A stretch of DNA of 64,000 bases from Pseudomonadota bacterium (GTDB lineage: Bacteria > Myxococcota > JACRCW01 > JAFGSX01): the NCBI GenBank assembly GCA_043821645.1, contig JBDRCO010000118.1, positions 64,001 to 128,000 of the forward strand. Direction: 5' to 3'. The position numbers and the translations under genes are program-made. Every line of letters begins with the position of its first letter. Within the stretch, counting starts at the first letter, position 1. The notes below the pieces were generated by a model, which did not search any database, was not told the DNA's origin, and worked only from the letters and a program-made list of their open reading frames with translations. Below, piece by piece: positions 53,089 through 61,867 of this stretch.

Positions 53089-54156
53089 ATGACCTCCATC
53101 AACCGCCGCGACTTCATCCGCCAGCATTCAAACCAGGACCTGGATCTGCAGAAACTGCGTGACAACCCGGCGGCGCGCCGCGCCCTCGAAGAGGCGGGCT
53201 CCTCGGTCGACGACATCGCCCGCGCCGACTTCAACCGCGACGGCAAGATCAGCGGCGACAACGAGCTGGACGTGCTGTTCGACCGGGTCGACCGCCTGGA
53301 CACCGACGGCAACGCCAACACCGCGATCTCGGTCGATCGCGCGGGCCAGGCCACGCCGGCAGGCAAGGTGGTCAACACCCTCGGCCTGCTGTTCGAGAAC
53401 AGGCCGCAGCGGTCCATCAAGGACCTCCAGGGCAGTGTGGGCGTCGACGGCCGCAACAACGCAGACGACGTGCGGGCCGTGCAGCAGCGGCTCAAGGACC
53501 TGGGCTTTGACGTCAGCGTCGACGGCCAGTGGGGCCGTGGCACGCAGACCGCCGTGCGTGTCTTCGACAGCATGATCAACGGCCACGACGCTGTGAGCAG
53601 CGCCCAGGACACGGTGCGCCCGGGCTCGGCCCTGCACAAGGCGCTGAGCTCGGACAAGGCACCCCGGTGGGAGCGCATGCCGGCCAGTGGCACCGGTTTC
53701 ACCAACATCGACCGCGACGGCTACAGCTACGGTAGCAACCGCATGGCCGACGTCATCCGCGACGCCGGGCAGCGCTACCAAACCAGCTACGGCGCCAACC
53801 ACAGCAGCGCCGCGAACATCGGTACCAACGACGTGTCACGCAAGGAAGGCGGCGCCAACCGCGACCACGACTCGCACCAGGCCGGGCTGGACCTCGACGT
53901 CAGCCTGCCCAACACCTCCGGTGAGCACGGCAGCAAGGTGGGCTGGCGCAACTATGACCGCGAGGCCTCCTACCACATGGTCAAGGCCTTTGCCGAGGAT
54001 CCCCGGGTCGATCGCGTGATCCTCACCGACACCCGCCTGATCCAGTGGGCCAAGGACACCAACCAGGCCTGGGCCGACAAGATTGTCACCGGCGGCAGCG
54101 TCCACAACAACCACATGCACATCGACGTGTCGGGCACGGGCTATCCGGCGGACTGA
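53089..54156 (+). CDS. EF-hand-like N-terminal domain + peptidoglycan-binding domain + MepA-like murein endopeptidase
   Basis: AAGGAG RBS; DFNRDGKISG; DVRAVQQRLKDLGF...VDGQWGRGTQTAV; HDSHQAGLDLD and HNNHMH zinc-ligand motifs. Confidence 0.85.
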   Translation: MTSINRRDFIRQHSNQDLDLQKLRDNPAARRALEEAGSSVDDIARADFNRDGKISGDNELDVLFDRVDRLDTDGNANTAISVDRAGQATPAGKVVNTLGLLFENRPQRSIKDLQGSVGVDGRNNADDVRAVQQRLKDLGFDVSVDGQWGRGTQTAVRVFDSMINGHDAVSSAQDTVRPGSALHKALSSDKAPRWERMPASGTGFTNIDRDGYSYGSNRMADVIRDAGQRYQTSYGANHSSAANIGTNDVSRKEGGANRDHDSHQAGLDLDVSLPNTSGEHGSKVGWRNYDREASYHMVKAFAEDPRVDRVILTDTRLIQWAKDTNQAWADKIVTGGSVHNNHMHIDVSGTGYPAD

Positions 54157-54159
54157 GCC

Positions 54160-56226
54160 TCAACGCCTGGCGATCTCCTCCAGCAAGGCCGCGGCGCGTG
54201 CTGCCGTCGTCGGCACCTTGTGCGCGATGCCGGCCAGGGCCCGTGCCCCCTCGGTCATCTGCGTGCTGAGCGCCGAGGGCGTGCGACCCCGCTGTTCCAG
54301 GATGGTCGCGAGTTCGATGGCCACGCTGCCCACGGCGTCGGGATCTGCAGGCAGGGCCAGCTCGAGCAGCTCGAGCGCGGGTTCGATGTGTCCACGCCCC
54401 AGCAGCCAGCGCACGGCCGCGTCGAGCTCGCCGGGGCGGGTGGGATCCCGGGCCACCGCGTCCCGGGCCACGCGCTGCACGGCGTCGACGTCCTCGGCGC
54501 GCTTCTCGATGGCCAGCAGGATCCACAGGCCCAGCGGTGCGCGAGAGATGTCCAGGGCCGCCTGTATGGACTGCCGGGCCTGATTCACCTCGTCCGCGGA
54601 GCGTGCCGTGCGCAGACGCAGCTGGGCCTGGGCCTCCAGGTAGCGGCGCTCTCCCGGACGCAGGACCACTGCCTGATCCACCTCGTCACGGGCCCGCAAT
54701 AGCTGGTTGCGCAGACTCGCCACGTAGGAGTTCTTGAGGTGGTGCTCGGCCCGTATCCACTGCACGCCATCGCGCGCCAGCAGGACCGAGGCGAGCACGG
54801 CCCCGGCCACCCCGATCCGCTGCACCATCGCGCCAACGCGCCAGTCCGCGGGCTCGGCATGGCGAAGCCTGTCCAGGGCCAGCAGCGCACCGACCACCGC
54901 GTACTGCCACGGCCCCTGGCCAATGGTGATGAAGTGCAGCAGGTTGAAGCCGACGCCAGCACTCAGACAGGCCACCAGGGCCATGGCCAGCTCGCGCCGT
55001 TCGTCGTCGTCGTCGCGGCGCACCAGCTGCACCCCGCGCCCGACGCTGCCCCAGATCAGCCACAGCCAGGCCACGAAACCCAGCCCGCCCATGCAAGCCA
55101 GCACGTTGATGGCCTCGTTGTGCGCGCGGCGCGCCGACACATTGCCACCGAGGCGGCGATACACCGAGGGCGCGTAGTGCTGTGGCGCTTCGACCGCGTA
55201 GCTGTCCGGACCCGCGCCGAGCAGCGGGTGCTGGGCTGCCAGGGCCAGGCCGGCCTGCCACAGATCCAGCCTGTCCTTTGCGATGGACCGCAGTGGGCGC
55301 GTGAGCGAGCGGCCCACGCGCTGCAGTTGTGGGCCCGCCAGCACCGCTCCGGTCAGCAGGATCAGGACCGCAGCAGCGGTGGCAATCCAGATGCCACGCC
55401 GCAGGCTCGGCGACAGCGGCGCGGCGGTCGTGGTCGCGTCGGTCGGCGCGCGGACGATCAGCCACACGTGCAGGACGAGCCAGACCAGGACCAGGAACAG
55501 GAACAGGATGCCCGTGCGCGAGCCTGACATCACCACGGCGACGCCCGATGCCAGCCCGGCGATGGCAGCGGCGATCTGTACCCAGCGTCGACGGTCGCGC
55601 ATGAAATACACGCACAAGGGCAGCAGCGACACGGTGTAGCCGGCGAAGTAGTTGGGGTTGCCGAAGAATCCGCTGGTCTGATGCGCCGGGATCTCGGCGG
55701 TCATGCCGAACAGGGTGCCGATCTCGTGCCCACCGGCCTCGAGCAGGGCCATTCCCGTCGACGGCAGCGCGCCCAGCACCACGAACAGCAACGCGCGCCG
55801 CAGATCGCCCAGAGTTGGCAAGGCGTAGGCAGCCAGGGCCACCAGCAGGTAGAAAAACTGCGTCTGCAGTCCAGCGTACGAGCCGTACTCGCCCAGCAGG
55901 CTGGTGCTTGGCGCGGCCGCGGTGAGGGTCGACAGGGCCGCCACCCCGAGAAAGGCCGCCACCGGCAGCAGGCGCCAGGCCCAGGGCTTTGCCACACCCT
56001 GGCGTCGGGCATCCCACAGCCAGGCCGCCACCAGGAGCGCGCCGGCGCAGCGCAGGAAGATCAGCTTGGGCGTCTCGTACTCATCGGTGCTGTGGAGGTC
56101 GAGGAGCAGTGGCTGGATGAACAGAGTCAGGCCGAGCAGCGCGGGCAGAAGGCGCCACGGTGTGGGTGTCGCGGCTGCACGCACCGCTGCTTGTTCCGTG
56201 CTGCCTCGTCGCCGCGCCCTGGCCAT
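54160..56226 (-). CDS. O-antigen ligase (Wzy_C/WaaL-like) family membrane protein with a TPR-like C-terminus
   Basis: GFFGNPNYFAG, SGSRTG, HPLLGAG, AHN; many TM helices; GGAGG RBS before 56226. Confidence 0.85.
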   Translation of the reverse strand: MARARRRGSTEQAAVRAAATPTPWRLLPALLGLTLFIQPLLLDLHSTDEYETPKLIFLRCAGALLVAAWLWDARRQGVAKPWAWRLLPVAAFLGVAALSTLTAAAPSTSLLGEYGSYAGLQTQFFYLLVALAAYALPTLGDLRRALLFVVLGALPSTGMALLEAGGHEIGTLFGMTAEIPAHQTSGFFGNPNYFAGYTVSLLPLCVYFMRDRRRWVQIAAAIAGLASGVAVVMSGSRTGILFLFLVLVWLVLHVWLIVRAPTDATTTAAPLSPSLRRGIWIATAAAVLILLTGAVLAGPQLQRVGRSLTRPLRSIAKDRLDLWQAGLALAAQHPLLGAGPDSYAVEAPQHYAPSVYRRLGGNVSARRAHNEAINVLACMGGLGFVAWLWLIWGSVGRGVQLVRRDDDDERRELAMALVACLSAGVGFNLLHFITIGQGPWQYAVVGALLALDRLRHAEPADWRVGAMVQRIGVAGAVLASVLLARDGVQWIRAEHHLKNSYVASLRNQLLRARDEVDQAVVLRPGERRYLEAQAQLRLRTARSADEVNQARQSIQAALDISRAPLGLWILLAIEKRAEDVDAVQRVARDAVARDPTRPGELDAAVRWLLGRGHIEPALELLELALPADPDAVGSVAIELATILEQRGRTPSALSTQMTEGARALAGIAHKVPTTAARAAALLEEIARR

Positions 56227-56444
56227 GTTCACGCCCTCCGCTGCGGATCTGCGACGCGCATGCTGACCTCCGCTGCTTCGCGACGCAAGACCGTGCTGCA
56301 TTTTTGACGCGCGTCCACCGCGGCGTGGCGACCCGATCAGAATCACGCCTTGACCCGGCGACGGGCTCGGACTAAACGAAGCGGTCTCAAGAGGGGCCTG
56401 TACCCTGGCCCCGACTGCGCCATCTGCACAGGAGGAGTATCGCG

Positions 56445-57611
56445 ATGCATCGCATTGCCATTGCCATCGTGGTGGTGAGCGCCCTGTTCGTGCTGGGCTG
56501 CCCGCCGGCCAAGGACCAGAAGCCTGCTGACGACGGAAAGGCCCCGCCGACCGAGCCTGTGGCCGGTGCCGCCAAGTCCGTGGCCGAGGTCAACGGGATC
56601 GCCATCTCGGCCGAAGAATTCGAGCAGCAGTTCTCGCGTACCCGAGATCGCTTCAAGCAGAACAACCGCGACATCCCCCCGGCACTCGAGGTCAGGCTCA
56701 AGGAGAACATCCTGCGCCGGCTGGTCGAGGACGAGCTGATCGCGCAGAAGGCCAAGGCCGAGGGCGTGGCCCTCACCGACGAGGAATTCGAGGCGCGTTT
56801 TGCCGAGCACCGCAAGCGCTTCGGCACCCAGCAGGCCTACGATGACTTCCTCAAGCGCACCAACCAGACCGAGGATCAGCTGCGCGGCGAGCTCAAGAAG
56901 AGCCTGCTGCGCGAGCGCCTGTACTCCAAGCTGGTGCCGGATGCCGAGCCCGCCGAGGCTGACATCAAGGCCTACTACGACCAGAACCTCAAGCGCTTCA
57001 TGGAGCCCGAGCAGGTGCAGGCCTCGCACGTCCTGCTCAGCTACAAGGACAGCGATCCCGACCCGGTCAAGAAGGAGAAGCTGGCCACCTGCAAGAAGGT
57101 GCTCGCCGACGCCAAGAAAAAGGGCGCCGACTTCGCCGAGCTGGCGCGCAAGTTCAGCGAGGGCCCCACGGCTCCGCGCGGTGGCGACCTGGGTCTGTTC
57201 CCGCGTGGCCGCATGGTGCCGCCCTTCGAGGAAGCCGTGTTCAAGGCCAAGCCAGGCCAGATCGTGGGCCCGGTCGAGACCCAGTTCGGCTGCCACGTGA
57301 TCAAGGTCGTCGACAAGAAGCCCGAGCGCCAGCGGCCCTTCGACGAGGTCAAGGCCTCCGTCGTGGCGACCCTCAAGGCCATCAAGAAGAGCGAGCAGAC
57401 CCGCACCCTGCTCAACGAGCTGCGCCGCACGGCCCAGGTCAAGGTGCTGGATCCCGCACTCAGCTACCAGCCCCCGGTCGAGCCCGTGATGCCGCCCCCT
57501 GCGACGCCCGGCAGCCAGCCCGCGACGGGAATCGCCCCTTCGATGCCCATGCCCATGCCGACCCCTGCGCCTGCACCTGCCCCCGCTCCGGCTCCGACGC
57601 CCGCACCCTAA
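56445..57611 (+). CDS. Parvulin-type peptidyl-prolyl isomerase lipoprotein (PrsA/SurA-like)
   Basis: Lipobox VLG-C; ASHVLL, FAELARKFSE, GGDLG.F..GRMVPPFEEAVF, PVETQFGCHVI. Confidence 0.95.
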   Translation: MHRIAIAIVVVSALFVLGCPPAKDQKPADDGKAPPTEPVAGAAKSVAEVNGIAISAEEFEQQFSRTRDRFKQNNRDIPPALEVRLKENILRRLVEDELIAQKAKAEGVALTDEEFEARFAEHRKRFGTQQAYDDFLKRTNQTEDQLRGELKKSLLRERLYSKLVPDAEPAEADIKAYYDQNLKRFMEPEQVQASHVLLSYKDSDPDPVKKEKLATCKKVLADAKKKGADFAELARKFSEGPTAPRGGDLGLFPRGRMVPPFEEAVFKAKPGQIVGPVETQFGCHVIKVVDKKPERQRPFDEVKASVVATLKAIKKSEQTRTLLNELRRTAQVKVLDPALSYQPPVEPVMPPPATPGSQPATGIAPSMPMPMPTPAPAPAPAPAPTPAP

Positions 57612-57741
57612 GCAGGTCGTACGTCCACAATCGGGACCTTCGTTCCACGTTCCACATCGATGCGCTGCGCCTGTGGCAGCCCAGATGAACTCCGTCTTTT
57701 TGTAGCCCGAGCAGGCCAGGTCGTTGCATCCCCTCGCCACG

Positions 57742-57800
57742 ACTTGGAACTTGGAACTTGGAACTTGGAACTGGGAACTGGGAACGGGGAACGGGGAACG
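57742..57800. repeat. Heptanucleotide tandem repeat (ACTTGGA)4(ACTGGGA)2(ACGGGGA)2
   Basis: Read directly from the sequence; lies between convergent genes. Confidence 0.95.
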
Positions 57801-57819
57801 CTGACCGCCGTGGCCTGCC

Positions 57820-58602
57820 CTACCAGTCCGTGCGCTTGAGCTCAGCCAGGAATTCTTCCTTGGTCACGTAGCCCTTGCGCGCGAGGGTGCGCATGAGCGC
57901 CCAGAACTTGCGTTCGAGGGCGTCGATGCGCTCGATGTCGACCTGGGAGATCACCGAGTTGTTGCGCCCCAGGCGCCGTGCGGCCTCGAGCTCGGCCAGG
58001 GCTGTGCGATCGGTGACCTCGTCGCTGAGCTCGACGACAGGCGGGATCGCGCCATCGGGCCCCATCTCCACCACTTCCTCGACGCCCCCCCTGCGGAACA
58101 GGGTCATGTTGTCCTGGCCAGGTCTTTCGATCTGGAAACGCAGGGGCGCGATCTGCACCCGGTCGCCGCGGTAGTAGCGCTGCACGGCCTGGTTGATGCT
58201 GGAGATCTGCGCCAGCACCGGATGCACGGTGGCGCCGGTGGTGAACTCGAGTTCCTCGAGGGCGGCGAGGTTGAGGGGATCGCTCATGGCCACGGTCAGA
58301 TGCTTGCGCCCCTTCTCGATCTTGAGATCGATGGGGATCAGGTCGTGGCTTTCACACAGACCCACGGGAACCAGGCGCAGCGAGTCCTTGCTGATGCTGA
58401 CCCGGGACAGATCCACCATGGGGATGCCCAGGCTCTCGCTCAGCACCTTGGTCAGCAAGCCCTCGGAGATGAAGCCCTTGGCCACCATGGCGACGCCGAG
58501 GCGGTGGCCCCACTGGCGCTGGTAGGCCAGGGCCGAGTTCAGCTGCTCCTCGTCGATGACGCCGCCCTCGATCAGGATCTCGCCGAGTTTTTTCTTGGCC
58601 AT
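57820..58602 (-). CDS. Stand-alone MshEN/GspE-N (T2SSE_N) domain protein without ATPase
   Basis: KLGEILIEGGVIDEEQLNSALAYQ-RQWGH-RLG...; LTVAMSDPLN; no Walker motifs. Confidence 0.9.
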   Translation of the reverse strand: MAKKKLGEILIEGGVIDEEQLNSALAYQRQWGHRLGVAMVAKGFISEGLLTKVLSESLGIPMVDLSRVSISKDSLRLVPVGLCESHDLIPIDLKIEKGRKHLTVAMSDPLNLAALEELEFTTGATVHPVLAQISSINQAVQRYYRGDRVQIAPLRFQIERPGQDNMTLFRRGGVEEVVEMGPDGAIPPVVELSDEVTDRTALAELEAARRLGRNNSVISQVDIERIDALERKFWALMRTLARKGYVTKEEFLAELKRTDW

Positions 58603-58899
58603 GCGCTGTCCGCCGTCTCTGTTCCAGGCCGCTAGATCGGCCTCGATGCCGTCGACAAGCCGTCTCGAAAGACAGATCTTGACGCGAAGGAACCCGATGT
58701 TTCCACTGTCTTGCACGCAGTGTCCTCGCGCCCGCGCTGTCCGTCAAGAAGTCCAGCACCGGGGGGCTTGTACACGGGCAGTGAGCGCGGCTTGTGGGGC
58801 CCCATTCTTTTTGCTAGTAGTGCGCATCCTAAATGGGCGCTCAGGCTGCAGGGCAGGCTCGGTCCTGCAACGGCGCGTCCGAAGCGATGGAGCACGGTC

Positions 58900-60846
58900 A
58901 TGAAATCGGTTGTCTCTGGCAAGGTCTCGCTCGCCCTCGCCCTGTCCTCGCTGGTGCTGTGGGGCTGCAACTGCAATCCACCTCCGGAGACCTTCGACGC
59001 CACGCCCCCCCGGCGCGACACCGGCTTCATCCCTTTTGACGCGGGCAACCCGGACACCAGCGTCAACCGCGACTCTGCCACGGCTACCGACACCGCCACC
59101 GGCACCGACACCGCCGTGGCGCACGACGCCGCCACCGGCACCGACACCACCGTGGCGCACGACGCCGCCACCGGCACCGACAGCGCGACCACCAGCGACT
59201 CCGGCAGCACCGGCAACGACGCCACCACCACCGGCGACGCCGCCGTGGCGCCGGGGCGCGGTGAGGTCTGCACCCAGGGCTCCTGCAACGCGCCCTACAC
59301 CTGTGTGATCCCGCAGGGCCAGACCGAGGGCTACTGCCTGCAGGCGTGCAGCGGTGTGGGGACCTGCAGCGGCCGCACCCAGGCCTGCCTGGAGCTGGAT
59401 CCCTCGATCCCGGGCACCTACTGCCTGGATCGCGTGCCCCGCGGTTCCTCCTGCTTCGATGTGTACACCGTGTGCGCCGTCGGCACCGACTGCTACGTCA
59501 CCGCCGAGGACGACCAGGGCTATCCCACCGAGGCCCTGTGCAAGCAGACCTGTGACGTCGGCGGCAGCACCTGCAGCAGCGGCAATGCCGACGCTGGTGT
59601 GGCGGCCGAGAGCTGCCTGGCCTCGGGCTACGTCGACCTCGAGTACGACAGCTCGGACAATCCCATCATCTGTGATCAGAACCCCACGGCGTGCACCACG
59701 GCCAGCGGCTACGAGTGCATGGACCTGCGCACCAGCGACGGCCGCACGGTCAAGGCCTGCGCCAAGTCACTCGGATGGTGTGGCGCTGCGGGCGGTCCCG
59801 GCGACACCTGCGACGAGGCCCAGGATCTGTACTGCGGCGACATCACCGATCCGCTGCCCAGCAACAACCAGGACCCGGCCTTCGGCATCTGCGACAGCGT
59901 GTGCTGGTACATCTGCTTCATCCCGGCCCAGTACTCGTCGAGCGGTGCCGACGTTAACCTGGACTGCCCGACCAGCATGGCTTGTGTCGCGGGCGGGCCA
60001 TACTCCGACATCGGCGTCAAGGTTTGCGACCACGGCTTCGACGCTGGCACGCCGATCGACGCCGGGACCACCCCCGATTCGGCCACCGGCGCCGACGCGG
60101 CAATGCCTGATGCCGCGGGCACCGACACCGCCATGCCGGACGCCACGGGCACCGACGCCAGCACCTGCGCGCCCTGTGGCAACATCACCTTCGTCGGGGA
60201 ATGCAACACGGACGTGTTGACCTGGTGCAACCCGGACGGCTGCCTGCAAAGCTATGACTGCAGCACCGACAGCGCGGGCGGATCGCCCCTGCACTGCGCC
60301 CAGTTCAACCCGACCTGGGGCTTTGACTGCCTGGCCGGCGCCGGCCAGCCCTGCAACCCTGACTACCCGAACCGCCCCACCAGCCCCAACGCGCCGGTGT
60401 CACCTGGTTGCGATCCCACGGCCGGCACCTGCAGCCCCACCAGCTTTGTGTGCGGCCCCGCGGCGGACGGCGGCGTGGTCACGGTCGACGCCGGGACCGG
60501 CACCGACGCGGGCCAGACCTGCCTGCCCTGCACGGTCAATGCTCAGCCGGTCGACGACATGGGCACCTGCGACAACGACATCCTTTACTGGTGCAATCCC
60601 GAAAACTGCCTGGCGGACTACGACTGCGCGGACGACAGCCGCCACTGCGCCAGCGGCGCCTACTCGGGCCCTCCGGGCAGCTTCACCTGGTACGACTGCA
60701 TGAGCGCGGTGGGCCAGAGCTGCATGACCATCAACGACTACTTCACGCGTCTGACCTCGGGTCAGTCTGTGGATTTCCTGTGCGATCCGGACACCACCTC
60801 CGGCTGCAACGCCCAAGCAGGCAGCCTGGGTGTCTGCACGCAGTGA
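58900..60846 (+). CDS. Cys-rich lipoprotein with Asp/Thr/Ala-rich linkers
   Basis: Lipobox LWG-C; DAATGTD repeats; duplicated C-terminal Cys domain. Confidence 0.8.
   Translation: MKSVVSGKVSLALALSSLVLWGCNCNPPPETFDATPPRRDTGFIPFDAGNPDTSVNRDSATATDTATGTDTAVAHDAATGTDTTVAHDAATGTDSATTSDSGSTGNDATTTGDAAVAPGRGEVCTQGSCNAPYTCVIPQGQTEGYCLQACSGVGTCSGRTQACLELDPSIPGTYCLDRVPRGSSCFDVYTVCAVGTDCYVTAEDDQGYPTEALCKQTCDVGGSTCSSGNADAGVAAESCLASGYVDLEYDSSDNPIICDQNPTACTTASGYECMDLRTSDGRTVKACAKSLGWCGAAGGPGDTCDEAQDLYCGDITDPLPSNNQDPAFGICDSVCWYICFIPAQYSSSGADVNLDCPTSMACVAGGPYSDIGVKVCDHGFDAGTPIDAGTTPDSATGADAAMPDAAGTDTAMPDATGTDASTCAPCGNITFVGECNTDVLTWCNPDGCLQSYDCSTDSAGGSPLHCAQFNPTWGFDCLAGAGQPCNPDYPNRPTSPNAPVSPGCDPTAGTCSPTSFVCGPAADGGVVTVDAGTGTDAGQTCLPCTVNAQPVDDMGTCDNDILYWCNPENCLADYDCADDSRHCASGAYSGPPGSFTWYDCMSAVGQSCMTINDYFTRLTSGQSVDFLCDPDTTSGCNAQAGSLGVCTQ
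59095..59182 (+). repeat. 36-bp in-frame tandem repeat (about 2.4 copies) encoding ATGTDT(A/T)VAHDA
   Basis: Units at 59095-59130 and 59131-59166 differ by one base; partial unit at 59167-59182. Confidence 0.9.
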
Positions 60847-60897
60847 CCGCAAGAACCCTGGCCCGCTCGACGGAGCCCGCCACACGCGAGGGAGTGC

Positions 60898-61614
60898 ATG
60901 GGATCGGATGAACGCCGCGGTGGACCTCGCCTGGACCTGCGCCTGCGCGCGCGCATCGTCGACGACGAGGCGTTCCCGGAGGCCGAGGCCACCGACATCT
61001 CGCCAGGTGGCGCACGCCTCGAAAGCCGGGTGCCGCTGGATCCAGACTCCGTGATCCACCTGTCCATGGACGCCGGCGACGGCGAGCCAGTGGAGGCCGT
61101 GGCCACGGTGGCCTGGTGCCGACCGCGCAAGGGGGTCTCGCTGCGCAAGCTCTACGACATCGGCGTCAGCTTCGACACCGAGTGGTTGAGCCAGAAGCGT
61201 GGCAAGCTCGGGCGTGCCCTGGGACGTATCTTCTCGTTCAGCGAGTTCGAGCCTGCGCGCGCCTACGAGCGCGTGCTGGTGACCCTGCGTGCCGACAGTG
61301 TCGACGGGGCAGACCAGGCCCTCACCGTGGTCGACCTGTCCGAGGGCGGCATGCAACTGCGCTGCGAGGACGCCCTGGGCGCGCAGGTGCACACCGGCGC
61401 CACGGTGGTGGTCGAGATCCCGGCCGGCGATACCACCTACAGCATCGATGGCGTCATCATGTGGGTGGCCCAGCCCGAGGGCGCGGATCGCACGCTCTTC
61501 GCCTCCTTTGGCGTGCGCTTCAACGATCTCGGTGATGATGAGCAGCGCGTGTTGCGCGAGATCATGAACGGCGAGATGACCCCCAACGGGATCTCGATCT
61601 TCCTGGCTGGCTGA
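60898..61614 (+). CDS. Tandem PilZ-domain protein
   Basis: RGGPR...DISPGG and RAYER...DLSEGG (RxxxR / DxSxxG twice). Confidence 0.9.
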   Translation: MGSDERRGGPRLDLRLRARIVDDEAFPEAEATDISPGGARLESRVPLDPDSVIHLSMDAGDGEPVEAVATVAWCRPRKGVSLRKLYDIGVSFDTEWLSQKRGKLGRALGRIFSFSEFEPARAYERVLVTLRADSVDGADQALTVVDLSEGGMQLRCEDALGAQVHTGATVVVEIPAGDTTYSIDGVIMWVAQPEGADRTLFASFGVRFNDLGDDEQRVLREIMNGEMTPNGISIFLAG

Positions 61615-61683
61615 TGTTCGAAGCGGCGGTCGGCCGCATCTTTCCTCTCGTTTCCAGCTTTCGACGAGATCCGCGAGCAACGA

Positions 61684-61812
61684 GCCCGGGGGCGATGGGA
61701 TCCCGCGTCGCGAGAACAGGCTGTTCGGGACCCGTCCGAGCTTGCCTCAAGCAAGTTCGTCGACGGGTGAATCCTCTGGCTCGAGTGGCGCGGGATCCCA
61801 TCGTCACCGGGC
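61684..61812 (+). ncRNA. Candidate structured RNA or palindromic element (long nested hairpin)
   Basis: 15-bp perfect inverted repeat 61693-61707/61789-61803, extended by G-U pairs, around an inner stem 61730-61745/61751-61768. Confidence 0.45.
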
Positions 61813-61867
61813 GGCACCAACACCGTGACAGGCGATCGGTGCACAATCCGAGGAAACGGGATGGATA

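Noticed and set aside
53089-53130. Tat-like NRRDFI at the start of the MepA-like protein
   Set aside because: No hydrophobic region follows, and the paralog at 49440 has QRNTFV at the same position, so it is part of the shared domain.
57742-57800. Possible CRISPR array
   Set aside because: Contiguous 7-bp units with no spacers and no cas genes.
58650-58700. Resemblance to a c-di-GMP-I riboswitch (GAAA hairpin followed by GACGCGAAG)
   Set aside because: Spacing does not fit, and the GGCAAAC start and downstream CTAA/P2 elements are missing.
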